Positions 10,300-19,707 of a stretch of DNA of 64,000 nucleotides are shown piece by piece. The position numbers and the translations under genes are program-made. A model generated the notes under the pieces. It worked only from the letters and a program-made list of their open reading frames with translations, made no database searches and was not told the origin of the DNA. Within the stretch, counting starts at the first letter, position 1; the number at the start of each line of letters is the position of its first letter. The stretch is from Roseibacillus sp. (GTDB lineage: Bacteria > Verrucomicrobiota > Verrucomicrobiia > Verrucomicrobiales > Akkermansiaceae). Where the stretch lies: the NCBI GenBank assembly GCA_965242925.1, contig CBDEUM010000030.1:32001-96000 (forward strand), given 5' to 3'.

Positions 10300-11345
10300 T
10301 GACTCACCTTCATTTCCGCGTCGGACTCCACCTCGTGCTTGCCTTCGCGCTGTCCTTCCTCTGCCCGGGACAGGCTCTCAAACTCCAGTTACCCACCGAT
10401 AACCGGGCCCTTCTCGACAACAATCCCGAGAAGTTCTACATGTACGTTTATCGCACCTTCGAGGGCGAGACAAGCAAGCCCTGGCAGGGCGGCGGATATG
10501 GATTTGTCCGCAACCTCCGGCGCACCCAGCAGGGAGTGGTGCCCACCCGCTTCCACGAGGGCATCGACATCCAGCCCGTCAAGCGCGACTCCGCCGGACG
10601 CCCACTCGATGACGTCAGGGCCATTGCCCTGGGCCGTGTCGTTTACGTTCAGGGCAGTGCCGGTGGTAGCAATTACGGAAAATACGTGGTGGTCGAACAC
10701 GACTGGGGTAATGGCCCTCTCCTGAGTCTATACGCTCACCTGGCCAGCGCCTCAGTGAAGGAGGGCCAACGCATCCCCGCTGGACATGTGGTGGGGCGCA
10801 TGGGTTACACCGGCGCCGGCCTCAACCGGGAGCGAGCCCACGTCCACCTTGAACTGAACATTCTCCTCTCGCTCCAGTTTGACGCCTGGCACAAGATGAA
10901 GTTCAACACCCGGAACACCCACGGCATCCATAATGGCATGAACCTTGCCGGTCTCGATGTCGCCAGCCTGCTCCTGGCGCACCATCGCGACCCCGGCATC
11001 ACCCTCCCCGGGTTCCTCGAACGCACCCCCATCTACTACAAGGTCACCTGTCCGCGCCGAGGCAAACTTGAATTGACTGATCGCTACCCGTGGATCCGAC
11101 GTGGCGCTCATCACAGGCCCAGTCCCTCCTGGGAAATTTCCTTTACCCCAGCCGGTTTCCCGCTCGCTATCGCGCCCAGCCACCGCGAAGTCCCCAAACC
11201 CCTCGTCACCTACGTACGCACCACCCAGTCGCGCCACGAATACTTCACCCTGTCCCGCGTCACCGGCAGCGGGCGCCGTGCCTCCCTCACCCGCAGCGGT
11301 CTGCAGCACCTCTCTCTCATCACCGGAGAATTCTCCAAGCAGTAA
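10299..11345 (+). CDS. M23 family metallopeptidase
   Basis: HEGID, YGKYVVVEH, YAHL, MGYTG and HVH motifs; signal peptide. Confidence 0.9.
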   Translation: MTHLHFRVGLHLVLAFALSFLCPGQALKLQLPTDNRALLDNNPEKFYMYVYRTFEGETSKPWQGGGYGFVRNLRRTQQGVVPTRFHEGIDIQPVKRDSAGRPLDDVRAIALGRVVYVQGSAGGSNYGKYVVVEHDWGNGPLLSLYAHLASASVKEGQRIPAGHVVGRMGYTGAGLNRERAHVHLELNILLSLQFDAWHKMKFNTRNTHGIHNGMNLAGLDVASLLLAHHRDPGITLPGFLERTPIYYKVTCPRRGKLELTDRYPWIRRGAHHRPSPSWEISFTPAGFPLAIAPSHREVPKPLVTYVRTTQSRHEYFTLSRVTGSGRRASLTRSGLQHLSLITGEFSKQ

Positions 11346-11435
11346 CAGGGATTTCAGGCGGAGCCTGCCTTCTGCCCCGCCTTATGTTATGCTCCGCGGG
11401 GTTGCCATTCCAATCGTTCACTTTCCTGCCGGATC

Positions 11436-12506
11436 ATGTCCCTCGACCATCTAGAGTCCGTCTCACTCCCAGTCGACTTCTCCGAGTTCGACGAGGTGAT
11501 CGACGTGCGCACTCCGCTTGAGTTCGAGGAAGACCACCTGCCTGGTGCACGGAATCTCCCGGTCCTCGATAACGAGCAACGGGTGAAAATCGGCGTGCTC
11601 TACCGGGAAAGTCCGTTCAAGGGCCGCAAACTCGGCGCCCGCTACATCAGTGAGTCCATCGCCAGCCATCTCGCCGGCCCCCTGAGCGGAGTTGAGCCCG
11701 GCTGGAAACCCCTGATCTACTGCTGGCGCGGCGGACAACGTTCGGCGGCCTTCGCCACTGTCCTGCGTTCGATCGGCTGGCGTGCCAGAACCCTGGAAGG
11801 CGGATACAAGGCCTATCGCCGCTTCGTGATGGACGACCTCGTTCGGCGGCTCGCCAATCCCGAATTGCAATTTCGCATCATCAGCGGCCTGACCGGCACA
11901 GGAAAGACGCGCCTCCTCGAAGCCCTGCAAAGGGAAGGTACGCAGGTCATCGACCTGGAGGCGATGGCCAACCATCGCGGCTCACTCCTTGGCATGGTTG
12001 GGCCTCAGCCGGGTCAACGCCGCTTCGAGAACCGCCTGCACGCAGCCTTGAGTCAATTCGACCCGGACCGCCCCATTTTTGCAGAGGCTGAATCCAGTCG
12101 TATTGGAAGCGTCTACCTTCCGCCCGCTCTCTGGAAGCAATTCGCCGCTTCACGCGTGATCGAACTCACCCTGCCTGTCCCGGAGCGAGTAAAACTGCTT
12201 CTGGAAGACTACCGGCACTTCCTCCAGGAACCGGAAGCCCTCTCCAGCCTCCTCGAACTGCTGGGTAAGCTGCGCGGACATGCGCAGGTCTCGGACTGGC
12301 AGGACCAGATCGCACAGGGTACCTGGCCTGAATTTGTCACCTCCCTGCTGGAGAACCACTATGACCTCTGCTACCGCCGACCGGGTTCGCCGGCCTCCAA
12401 CTACCAGGCGCCGGCAGAACAGTACGCCCTGCCGGACTGCTCCATGGAAAGCTACCACCGGGCCGCCCTCCAGCTAAGGGAATCCGAAGCTGCCTTCTCT
12501 TCATGA
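11436..12506 (+). CDS. mnmH: tRNA 2-selenouridine(34) synthase
   Basis: Rhodanese domain (DVRTPLEFEEDHLPGA, YCWRGGQRS) plus P-loop GLTGTGKT, DLEAMANHRGS, EAESSRIG. Confidence 0.95.
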   Translation: MSLDHLESVSLPVDFSEFDEVIDVRTPLEFEEDHLPGARNLPVLDNEQRVKIGVLYRESPFKGRKLGARYISESIASHLAGPLSGVEPGWKPLIYCWRGGQRSAAFATVLRSIGWRARTLEGGYKAYRRFVMDDLVRRLANPELQFRIISGLTGTGKTRLLEALQREGTQVIDLEAMANHRGSLLGMVGPQPGQRRFENRLHAALSQFDPDRPIFAEAESSRIGSVYLPPALWKQFAASRVIELTLPVPERVKLLLEDYRHFLQEPEALSSLLELLGKLRGHAQVSDWQDQIAQGTWPEFVTSLLENHYDLCYRRPGSPASNYQAPAEQYALPDCSMESYHRAALQLRESEAAFSS

Positions 12507-13318
12507 CGCCGCTCTTCGACGCGCACAATCACCTCCACGACGAACGACTTCTGCATCGCCTGCCCGAGCTCCTGCCGGCCATGCGGGAGGCCCGGATCGG
12601 GCATTGCATCGTCAACGGCACCTGTCAGGACGACTGGCCCCGTGTAATCTCACTGGCCCGACGGTATCCCGATCTGGTGCAGCCCTCCCTGGGCCTTCAC
12701 CCCTGGAAGATCGAAGGCCGCAGTCCTGACTGGCTGGAAAAACTGAAGTGCACCCTCGCCCAGCACTCCGGAACAATCTTCCTCGGTGAATGCGGCCTTG
12801 ACCGATGGATGAAAGAACCTCATTTCGAGGAACAAAGGGAGATATTCACGCTCCAGCTCAATCTCGCGGCGGAACACAACCTGCCACTCTCAATCCACTG
12901 TCTCCAGGCCTGGGGCCCTCTCATGGAGATCCTCCGCACCAGCAAATGCCCCGCCCGTGGCTTTCTTCTGCATTCCTACGGCGGCTCGGGCGAGCTCGTC
13001 CCCGCCCTCGCCTCGCTTGGCGCCCGATTCTCCTTTTCGGGCTATTTTCTCCAGGAGCACAAGGAAAAGGTTCGCGCCGCCTTCCGGAAGGTTCCGCCCG
13101 ATCGTCTCCTCGTCGAAACCGATGCTCCAGACATGCTCCCCCCGGACCGGCACCAGGAGCACCTCCTCCGCGACCACGAAGGCCAACCCCTCAATCATCC
13201 GGCCAACCTGCCCCAGATCGTCAGTGGTCTGGCACACGTGCTGGGGCAGGCTGAATCCGACCTCCGAGTTCTCCTTGCCGACAATTTTCGCCGATTTTTC
13301 GGCCTGGAAACCCTCTGA
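12503..13318 (+). CDS. TatD family hydrolase
   Basis: DAHNH, GLHPW, GECGLD, SIH, LHS, ETDAP motifs; ATGA overlap with mnmH. Confidence 0.92.
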   Translation: MTPLFDAHNHLHDERLLHRLPELLPAMREARIGHCIVNGTCQDDWPRVISLARRYPDLVQPSLGLHPWKIEGRSPDWLEKLKCTLAQHSGTIFLGECGLDRWMKEPHFEEQREIFTLQLNLAAEHNLPLSIHCLQAWGPLMEILRTSKCPARGFLLHSYGGSGELVPALASLGARFSFSGYFLQEHKEKVRAAFRKVPPDRLLVETDAPDMLPPDRHQEHLLRDHEGQPLNHPANLPQIVSGLAHVLGQAESDLRVLLADNFRRFFGLETL

Positions 13319-13391
13319 GTGAAACCCTGGCAGATTGGAGGGCCCCCGGGGATTTCGATAGAATTGCCTCTCAGACTTTGTAAGGTCCATC

Positions 13392-15674
13392 ATGTCCTTG
13401 CTCCGACGGTTTTCGTTTCTCGTCCTCCCAATCACCCTCATCTCCTCCCTCGCCGGCCAGCAGGGCGACCGGCAGGGTCACAACATGACCAGCTTTGTCC
13501 CTGAAGATGTGATTCCGCCAGCGCCCTTCCTCAAGGTTGAGGATGCCCTCAAGTCCTTCCAACTCGCTCCCGGCTTCATCATCGAGGAGGTCGCTTCCGA
13601 ACCCCTGGTCGACATGCCATGCATGCTCAAATTCGACGGCGACGGGCAGATGTGGATCTGCGAACTGGTCGGATACATGCCCGATGTGGATGGCAAAGGT
13701 GAGAACATTGCCCAGGGGCGCATCGTCATCCTGGCGGACAGTGACAATGATGGCAGGGCGGACAAGCGCTCGATTTTCCTCGAGAAACTTCTTCTCCCCC
13801 GCAGCCTCTACCTTCTCGATGACGGCATCCTGTGGGCCAACCAGGAGAGCCTGTTCTTCCAAGGCCGTAACGGCAACAAACCGGTTGGTGAACGGGTATT
13901 GGTGGATAAGGACTACGCACGGGGAGGCAACGTGGAGCACAAAGCCAACAGTCTCGTCCTCGGACTCGATAACTGGATCTACAACGCCAAGTCGGATCGC
14001 CGCTATAAAAGAACCAAGGACGGATGGGTCATGGAAAAAACCCATTTCCGCGGGCAATGGGGCATCGACCGTGACGACTATGGACGCCTCTTCCACAACA
14101 GCAACAGCACCCTCCTGGTCGGAGATTACACCTTCCCCAATGCCGTTTACGGAAACACAAACTCCAAGATGAAAGCGGGGATCGCGGCCCGCATCAGCGA
14201 CAACCGGGTCTGGCCCATCCGTGTCACACCCGGGGTCAACCGCGGCTACCAGCGCAACACCGTCTCACCTGAGAACTACAAACTCATCAATGCCACCGGC
14301 GCTTCCGGTCTCACTGTCTTCCGCGGCCACGGCCTCGGCAGAGACCTCTATGGAACCGCCTTCATCACCGAGGCCACTGGCCACCTGGTCAAGGCGATCA
14401 GCTACGAGGACGGAAACGGCAAACTGGTCGGCAAACACACCTTCGGCGAGAAGGAATTCCTCGCCTCCACTGACGAGCGCTTCCGCCCGGTCAATGCCTA
14501 TACCGCCCCAGACAACTCCCTCTACATCCTGGACATGTACCACGGGATCATCCAGCACCGGACCTATGTCACTTCCTACCTGCGCAAGCAGATCCTGAGC
14601 CGTGGACTCGACAAGCCTGGCAGCGGACATGGTCGCATCTATCGTCTGCGCCACAAGAACCAGGACCGGGGCCCGGCCCCCGGTCTCCAAAAACTCTCCG
14701 CCATCGAACTGACGAGCTACCTCAACCATCCCAATGGCTGGTGGCGGGACACGGCACAACGCCTCATCGTCGAGCGCGGCAATGAAACGACGAGGGACGC
14801 CCTTGAGGGGGTCCTGCAGGACGGCAAGCCTCTCGCCCGCCTGCACGCGCTCTGGAGCCTTGAAGGCCTCGACCTTCTCAAGGCCGGTCATATTGCAAGG
14901 GCTCTCAAGACCGGCGACGAGAAACTTTCCTCCTCTGCCCTCATGGCAGGCCTCTCGCTCGGCGAACGTGACAAGAACTCCCTCCTCCCTGCCCTTGCCT
15001 CCTTCAAGGCTGGCCGTGAGTCCTCTATCTACAAGGCTCGACTCCTCGCGGAGATCGGCACCTCCCAAGCCCTCGACGCCCTGGTGGCAGAACTCAAGCT
15101 CAATGGTGGCCATCCCCTCGTCCGGGAAGCAGCCTTCACGGGTCTCAAGGACCGTGAAGCGGTTTTCCTGGGCGTCAATAACGGACGCTACAATGAGGCC
15201 AACCTGGACAAGTGGCTGCAGGAGGCCCTCCGGAAGAACTCCAGGCAGATCAAACCACCCACCATCAAGGGCGAACACCTCGCTTCCTTCCAACGTGGAG
15301 AGAAACTCTACATGGGACGTGTCGCCTGCATAGGTTGCCACGGCGCCGAGGGCACCGGCCTTCCAAATCTCGGCCCTCCCCTCGACGAATCGGACTGGGT
15401 CAACGGTGACACCAAACGACTCGCCAAGGTCCTGCTGCACGGCCTACAGGGCCCCATCACGGTTTCCGGCCAGCCCTATTCCCCGCCCGCAGCCATGCCT
15501 GGCCTCTCCATGAACCCGACTATCTCGGACAGGGACATTGCCGATATCCTCACCTTTATCCGCCATGCCTGGAGCAACCGTTCCGGGAAGGTGGAGGAAT
15601 CCTTCATCAAGGAATACCGCGAGACTACCAGAAAACAGGGCGGGGTGCCGTATACTGAGAAAGAACTGAATTAG
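13392..15674 (+). CDS. PVC-type heme-binding CxxCH protein (beta-propeller dehydrogenase-like, HEAT-like repeats, cytochrome c)
   Basis: Signal peptide, FQLAPGFIIEEVASEPLV, GLDNWIY, FRPVN, ARLHALWSLEGL, CIGCH with distal AAMP. Confidence 0.85.
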   Translation: MSLLRRFSFLVLPITLISSLAGQQGDRQGHNMTSFVPEDVIPPAPFLKVEDALKSFQLAPGFIIEEVASEPLVDMPCMLKFDGDGQMWICELVGYMPDVDGKGENIAQGRIVILADSDNDGRADKRSIFLEKLLLPRSLYLLDDGILWANQESLFFQGRNGNKPVGERVLVDKDYARGGNVEHKANSLVLGLDNWIYNAKSDRRYKRTKDGWVMEKTHFRGQWGIDRDDYGRLFHNSNSTLLVGDYTFPNAVYGNTNSKMKAGIAARISDNRVWPIRVTPGVNRGYQRNTVSPENYKLINATGASGLTVFRGHGLGRDLYGTAFITEATGHLVKAISYEDGNGKLVGKHTFGEKEFLASTDERFRPVNAYTAPDNSLYILDMYHGIIQHRTYVTSYLRKQILSRGLDKPGSGHGRIYRLRHKNQDRGPAPGLQKLSAIELTSYLNHPNGWWRDTAQRLIVERGNETTRDALEGVLQDGKPLARLHALWSLEGLDLLKAGHIARALKTGDEKLSSSALMAGLSLGERDKNSLLPALASFKAGRESSIYKARLLAEIGTSQALDALVAELKLNGGHPLVREAAFTGLKDREAVFLGVNNGRYNEANLDKWLQEALRKNSRQIKPPTIKGEHLASFQRGEKLYMGRVACIGCHGAEGTGLPNLGPPLDESDWVNGDTKRLAKVLLHGLQGPITVSGQPYSPPAAMPGLSMNPTISDRDIADILTFIRHAWSNRSGKVEESFIKEYRETTRKQGGVPYTEKELN

Positions 15675-15727
15675 CATGACCGGGATCGCCCTGGTCGATC
15701 GCCATCAGGAGACACGATCCTCCCCAG

Positions 15728-16705
15728 CTATTCCGCCCACTGTCCCACGCGCCGGAACTTTTCGTAACGCGCATTCAGCATTTCCTCATCCGATAAAGCC
15801 TCCAGCTCATCGATATGGCTGACAAGCGCAGCCTTGAGATTACCGGCCGCTGACCGGGCATCGTGATGCGCTCCCCCCTTCGGCTCGGGAACCACCTCGT
15901 CAATCAAGCTCATCCCGGCCAGATCCTCCGCCGTCAACTTCATCGCTTCGGCCGCCTCCGGTGCATGCTTACGGTGCTTCCAGAGGATGGCGGCACACCC
16001 TTCCGGACTGATCACCGAGTAGTAGGCGTTCTCCAGCATGAGAATGCGGTCGGCCACTCCTACCCCGAGAGCGCCTCCTGAGCCACCCTCGCCGACCACC
16101 GCCACCACGATTGGCGTTCTCAGATCCATCATCTCCCGCAGATTCCGCGCGATTGCCTCCGCGATATTCCGTTCCTCCGCCCCGATTCCCGGAAACGCGC
16201 CCGGGGTGTCAATCAACGAAACAACCGGAATCCTGAACTTCTCTGCCAGCTTCATGAGGCGCAGCGCCTTGCGGTATCCCTCGGGATGCGCACTGCCGAA
16301 GTTCCGCTCCAGGTTCTCCTTTGTGTTGCGGCCCTTCTGGTGCCCGATCACTACACAGCGCCGTCCATCAAGCAGGGCGAATCCACCTGGCATGGCCCGA
16401 TCGTCTCCCACCAGGCGGTCCCCATGGAGTTCGCAGAAGTCATCAAAAGCTTCGTTAAGGTAATCGAGCATGAAGGGACGGCTGATATGCCTCGCAATCA
16501 GCACACGCTGCCATGGCGTCAGGTTCTCGTAAATGCGGTTCCGCACCTCCGCCAGCTTCGCCTCCAGAGCTGCGATCTCCGCGCTGAGATCAAGCTCCTG
16601 GGAGCACGCCTTCTCGCGCATATCCTCCAACTCACTCTCGAGCTCCGCTATGGGTTTCTCGAAATCAAGTGGTTGGGGGCGCCCGCTACTGTCGTTCATT
16701 GACAC
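15728..16705 (-). CDS. accA: Acetyl-CoA carboxylase carboxyltransferase subunit alpha
   Basis: LDFEKPI, ELHGDR, PEGYRKALRLM, IDTPGAFPG, GEGGSGGA, YSVISPEGCAAILW. Confidence 0.97.
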   Translation of the reverse strand: MSMNDSSGRPQPLDFEKPIAELESELEDMREKACSQELDLSAEIAALEAKLAEVRNRIYENLTPWQRVLIARHISRPFMLDYLNEAFDDFCELHGDRLVGDDRAMPGGFALLDGRRCVVIGHQKGRNTKENLERNFGSAHPEGYRKALRLMKLAEKFRIPVVSLIDTPGAFPGIGAEERNIAEAIARNLREMMDLRTPIVVAVVGEGGSGGALGVGVADRILMLENAYYSVISPEGCAAILWKHRKHAPEAAEAMKLTAEDLAGMSLIDEVVPEPKGGAHHDARSAAGNLKAALVSHIDELEALSDEEMLNARYEKFRRVGQWAE

Positions 16706-16710
16706 ATATC

Positions 16711-17592
16711 TTACTGGTTACCGAAGCGAACTTCCACCTCGTTCCCGACTCTCAATAAGAGAGCCAACTCCTCCATGTCGGCTTCCGAAAGAAAAAAACC
16801 CCTTCCCGTGTCATCCTCCTCCGCCACCCCGCCCTGGCGCAACTGCAGGCCGCGGTGATCGAGAATGAGCACCTTTCTGGCGGTCCGGTAGCTCTGGAAC
16901 TTCACTGGTGAAACCCTTCGCCCATTCTTCAGAAGGCCGATTTTCTGCCCAATCCTGGATCGCAACTCCCCTCGCGAACCCCGGGCCCTGGCGTGGAGCA
17001 GGTTGTAGGCCTTCAGGAGACGTCCCTTCTTGTACAAGCTCAGCAGCTTGCGGGACACGTCGATCTTGATGTTGAATTTCAGGGGCAGCAGCACCAGTTC
17101 ATCTCCGGGGTAGAGCTTGTCCATCCTCTGCAACCCGTTCATATGCATGATGCAATCCAGGGTGGTCTCATGCTTGGCCGCTATCTTGGTGAAGTTGTCT
17201 CCGGATCTCACCTCATACATCGTCTTTCCCTCCATCACTTCCGTGGAGAGCAGATCGTCGAGATTCAACTCGCCCAGAATCCGGCGAGCTTCGCCCGCCG
17301 AGGACGAAGACGGGTAGACCCCCACCAGAAATTCAAGTTTTTCACGCGCTTTCTCGAACTGACCGGTTGCTAGCAACTCCCTTCCCCGCTCGAAGGCAAT
17401 TTCTCCGGGCTCCACTGTCGGGACCCTCTCCAGATCCTCCGGGGTTTCCCGCAACTGAGGCACGGCGGTCTCCTTCTTCAGCCGTTCAACCAGCGTCACC
17501 GTCGCGCCCAGCACTCCCAGCACCAGCAGGGCGGCAAGAACCTTGACGAGAGACATCATAATCTGCAGCACCCTAGTGTCCTGGAGGGACAT
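16711..17592 (-). CDS. Membrane-anchored LysM protein with a TPR-like segment and a degenerate L,D-transpeptidase-like domain
   Basis: TM helix; LysM YEVRSGDNFTKIAAKH..LYPGDELVL; YkuD-like IKIDVSRKLLSLYKKGRLLKAY..LSEADMEEL..VGNEVEV. Confidence 0.75.
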   Translation of the reverse strand: MSLQDTRVLQIMMSLVKVLAALLVLGVLGATVTLVERLKKETAVPQLRETPEDLERVPTVEPGEIAFERGRELLATGQFEKAREKLEFLVGVYPSSSSAGEARRILGELNLDDLLSTEVMEGKTMYEVRSGDNFTKIAAKHETTLDCIMHMNGLQRMDKLYPGDELVLLPLKFNIKIDVSRKLLSLYKKGRLLKAYNLLHARARGSRGELRSRIGQKIGLLKNGRRVSPVKFQSYRTARKVLILDHRGLQLRQGGVAEEDDTGRGFFLSEADMEELALLLRVGNEVEVRFGNQ

Positions 17593-17641
17593 TCACTGGA
17601 CTAATCGTCTTCATCATCTGGCGAATTGGTCTGACAGGGCA

Positions 17642-18160
17642 TTAAAGCAATCCCTTGCGCTTGAAATCAAACGCATTGATCTCCGAACTCTTGTCCACGA
17701 TCTCGCAGATGAAGCGCAGAAGGCTGATCTCCCACGCATCGTCCACTCCTTCGATCACAACCTGCATCGGGTTGCCCGCCCGCCGCGCGTCATCAAGCAC
17801 CCGATCCCGCACCGCCTCCATGGAGTCGTGCAGCAACTCCTCCCGGACCTCCCCGCGCTTGAACTGGTAATTCAGGAAGGCGATCTTCGCTCCGTGCTCC
17901 TGGAGCCACTGATGGAATTTCTCTGCATCGTCACCAAAGCCCTCGAACTCGATTCCATTATAAGCCTCAGGCTTGATGATGGTCGGCTGATTGGCTTCGA
18001 CCTCCCCGCTTCGGATCCGGACCTGCCCCACCGAGTCCATCAATTCGCTCAGGAGAAGAAACTCAAAGCGCGTGTTCCCGAAAGTATCGATCCGGCGGTC
18101 CGGCTCATACAGCACACTGGTCGTCTCCAGCGCGTATTGGATATCATCGGGGGAATACAT
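17642..18160 (-). CDS. Hypothetical cytoplasmic protein
   Basis: 172 aa ORF with globular composition, co-oriented between acpP and the LysM gene. Confidence 0.8.
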   Translation of the reverse strand: MYSPDDIQYALETTSVLYEPDRRIDTFGNTRFEFLLLSELMDSVGQVRIRSGEVEANQPTIIKPEAYNGIEFEGFGDDAEKFHQWLQEHGAKIAFLNYQFKRGEVREELLHDSMEAVRDRVLDDARRAGNPMQVVIEGVDDAWEISLLRFICEIVDKSSEINAFDFKRKGLL

Positions 18161-18258
18161 TCTCGGCCCTCATCATCCCCTACCCTGCCCCCTCTGACAA
18201 CGAAAAGGGCAGGTCCTTATGGACCCACCCCATACCTTGATCAATAGACGCAACTTCC

Positions 18259-18498
18259 TCAGGTGGCGGACTTATCCACGTAGTCTATAATATCACCAAC
18301 CGCCACCAGCTTCTCGGCCTGATCGTCCGGAACTTCGATCTCGAATGCCTCCTCGACGGCCATCACCAATTCCACCGCATCGAGGGAATCGGCCCCCAGA
18401 TCCTCAATCATTTTCGACTCCCGGGTCACCTGATCGGCGTTCACTCCGAGCTGTTCCACTATGATGCCCCTGACCTTCTCTTCACTTGATTCTGACAT
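18259..18498 (-). CDS. acpP: Acyl carrier protein
   Basis: [20 protein letters not shown] phosphopantetheine motif. Confidence 0.97.
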   Translation of the reverse strand: MSESSEEKVRGIIVEQLGVNADQVTRESKMIEDLGADSLDAVELVMAVEEAFEIEVPDDQAEKLVAVGDIIDYVDKSAT

Positions 18499-18528
18499 GT
18501 ATCCTTCGCAATTGGTTTCTTGTTTCTG

Positions 18529-18557
18529 GCTTTAACCATCCTTGGCTCACTTGGCAA
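18529..18557 (-). promoter_or_regulatory. Putative sigma70 promoter of acpP
   Basis: Minus strand TTGCCA-17 bp-TAAAGC; AAGGA SD-like sequence before the ATG. Confidence 0.5.
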
Positions 18558-18567
18558 CTCTGAAAAT

Positions 18568-19464
18568 CTACTCCTTGGGCCCATTCTCCTCTGAACCGTC
18601 CTCCCCCCGGGACTCTCCGGCGTCTTCTGCCCCGCTCTCCACCTCGTCCTCTCTCGACTCAATCAACTCGATCAGTTCGCCCCTGAAATTATCGAGAATG
18701 CGCTGGAAGAGGGCTTCCGCAGGAGATCCCTCCTCCGGTTTGAATTGTCCGTAGACCATCCCGTCGATCTTGGATTTCCTGAGTGCGCTCTCCTCCGGAG
18801 CTCCTTTCTCCCGATAGAAGAGGTAAGCCAACCCCTTGGTTCCCCACTTCCGCACATCAATCCTGCGCACCAGGCTGAAGGGAATCCTTGCTCCGTCCGG
18901 CGCATAATAGGCTTCGGCGTCCACCTTCATCGTGCGTCGCGACGTCCGGATCAGAAAAAATCCCGTGATCAACAGGAGAACTCCGCTCCCGATTCCATAA
19001 TACAGCTGCTCCTGAATCTTGGCCGCTTCATAACTCTTCTTGGGGATGGAAGAACTCCAACCCCTCTCATCAGTGTATTTCGCCCACAGGGGCGGGATCG
19101 CCTTTTTACCCTCTTCCTCCATAGCCTTCCCGTAACCGGCATAGTCATTCAGGACAACTGGCCATCTGGCATCATGTTCCACCTCCTCGGGAAGGATAAT
19201 GTCCCCCACGATCTGCTCGGGAAAGATCCTTTCGGCCTCTGCTTCCCTCCGCCAGTCCTCCGCGCTCCACTCTTTCTCACCAAACCGCTCCTTGGCTGTT
19301 TCGAAAGCCTTGTAGGTGTAATAGATCTCGTTTTTCTTGGGCCACCCGACCTTCCAGTCCTTCAAAAACAACACCAGAAACACCCCAAACATCAGGACCA
19401 TCGCCCCAGCCCTGAGATAGAACCACCTGGTGGGACGGCATTCAATGGTCTCCACTTCACTCAT
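18568..19464 (-). CDS. Hypothetical membrane protein (2 TM)
   Basis: Two hydrophobic helices; start placed at MSEVETIECRP. Confidence 0.75.
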   Translation of the reverse strand: MSEVETIECRPTRWFYLRAGAMVLMFGVFLVLFLKDWKVGWPKKNEIYYTYKAFETAKERFGEKEWSAEDWRREAEAERIFPEQIVGDIILPEEVEHDARWPVVLNDYAGYGKAMEEEGKKAIPPLWAKYTDERGWSSSIPKKSYEAAKIQEQLYYGIGSGVLLLITGFFLIRTSRRTMKVDAEAYYAPDGARIPFSLVRRIDVRKWGTKGLAYLFYREKGAPEESALRKSKIDGMVYGQFKPEEGSPAEALFQRILDNFRGELIELIESREDEVESGAEDAGESRGEDGSEENGPKE

Positions 19465-19707
19465 TGCCGCTCCGAAGGTGCCGCTCCCGCCCCACTTGAT
19501 CAAGCGTTCAATCCGCTACCTTATGCATTTTCAGGATATTTTCCGACTATCCGGTCCCATCTTCCCATCGACGCGTCAGGGCAAGCACCTCCTCCCAGCC
19601 CTCCGCTTCATCGTGAGGATGCGGTTTCCGGTTCCCGGTTTCTTCGGAAACCCGGCTCAAAGCTCCCTTTTCCCCTTTGACATTGCCCTCCGCAAATCCG
19701 ACCTCTC

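Noticed and set aside
12503..13318. TatD as the QatD component of an antiphage system
   Set aside because: No QatA ATPase or QueC-like neighbours; housekeeping context
19465..19707. TPP riboswitch upstream of thiH
   Set aside because: The conserved GCTGAGA and CTGAT..TAATGC..GCG.AGG elements are absent
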